Below are positions 63,019 through 64,000 of a stretch of DNA of 64,000 nt, piece after piece. The translations under genes were made by a program, and so were the position numbers. Below the pieces are notes generated by a model. The model was given only the letters and a program-made list of their open reading frames with translations, had not been told where the DNA came from and did no database searches. Each line of letters starts with the position of its first letter. Positions within the stretch are counted from its first letter, which is position 1. Source of the DNA: Selaginella moellendorffii (lineage: Eukaryota; Plantae; Lycopodiophyta); NCBI RefSeq assembly GCF_000143415.4, contig NW_003314363.1:62001-126000 (forward strand), given 5' to 3'.

Positions 63019-63310
63019 TCTCCTGCTCTCTTACCTAGAGAGTCGCGATGCAGCTGCCATGGCTTATAAAAGAGGGATTTTTGGAGCATACGACGACGAC
63101 TGGTTGGAGCACGAGATTCGATCCACGGGGATATTCGATTCCTCGTTTGTTGTTCGACCATCCGCCGGCAACTCGAGGATTTCCGGTTCGTTGTTTTCGA
63201 TTTCTCATAGTTGATGTTGTTTTTATTTTTTTCTTCTCGCAGAACAAGATACCACTTCTATTCGATACCCGAGGATATTCCATATCCCGTTCGTGTGTTC
63301 ATGACTGGTC

Positions 63311-64000
63311 ATGGCTATGGCGCTTGCTAGCTGCGCTCCAGCAGTCTCAGGTTCGCTTTCGTCCGTTAAATGTCCTTTCCTTTTGTCATGTGTTGTGTTT
63401 CTTCTGCATAGGGAGATCCATCACTGCCAGCGGTAGCATTGCATCTCGGAAGAAAAGGTTCCATTGCATGGCTTCGACTGCAGAGGTTTCTAGCTGGGAA
63501 GAATTGTCGGAGAAAGTATCGAGACTGCCGGGATACAATGCAGTGGCAGCAGCTGCCAGGCTCCCAAACGTTCAACAGCGGGATTTTGGTGATACAAGCA
63601 TCGCACAGGTTGTTTTCTACAGGGACAACTCGTCCTGGTGCCCGTATTGCCAGAGAGTGTGGCTGCAGCTTGAAGAAAAGAGGATTCCTTACAAGGTTGA
63701 AAAGATAAACATGAACTGCTATGGACCGAAGCCTGCATGGTATCTCGAGAAGGTGCCTTCTGGACTGCTTCCAGCTCTAGAGCTCAAAGGCCAGCTTTTG
63801 ACAGAGTCTCTGGACATAATGCTGATACTGGAAGAGGCTTTTCCGGAACGCCATCCTCTTTTGCCACCCAAAGGTTCTCCCAAAGCGAACGCCGTGGACG
63901 GCTTGCTGAGACTGGAGCGACTTCTCGCTGGCGCGTGGCTGAGCAGGCTGAGAAGCTTTTGGACGAAACCGGGACAGTTCGAAGGTGCAATGGACGACGT
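63311..64000 (+). CDS. Cys-type glutathione transferase, iota-class-like, with transit peptide; 3' end runs off the window
   Basis: FYRDNSSWCPYCQRVWLQLEEKRIPYKVEKINMNCYGPKP..VPSGLLPALEL..TESLDIM. Confidence 0.8.

Overview
Eukaryotic plant nuclear DNA. The very dense genes, ~45-60 nt introns, iota-class GST and PLS-PPR suggest a lycophyte such as Selaginella; this is inferred, not verified. There are two gene-rich flanks. The left flank (1-7.7 kb) holds an F-box/LRR gene, Nit1-type nitrilase, UBC37/UBE2T, a nucleotide-sugar transporter, an SMR CDK inhibitor and cpSRP43. The right flank (45.6-64 kb) holds XPD, ABC1K1, a PPR, GGPPS, tRNA-Thr(CGT), an EMB1273-like gene, SQD2, SPCS2, an unknown gene, IspF and GST iota. 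Between them lies a ~34 kb island of nested LTR retrotransposons that can be unpicked by target-site duplications, bracketed by an inverted duplication of the XPD 3' end plus a bulb-lectin gene. The most notable observations are: (1) a Ty3/gypsy chromovirus whose integrase is split by two host-sized intron-like inserts, one just before the catalytic Glu and one just before the GPY/F motif and chromodomain; (2) a ~270-nt multi-hairpin RNA element (GGAG tetraloop, two tRNA T-loop hairpins, GACA tetraloop) kept with compensatory changes between that element and a coding-dead non-autonomous relative; (3) a Cassandra-like TRIM with 5S rRNA-derived LTRs; (4) a gag-PR-IN element lacking RT/RNase H; (5) a U12 AT-AC intron in SPCS2. 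All family assignments are from reading the sequence and recalled motifs; no searches were run.
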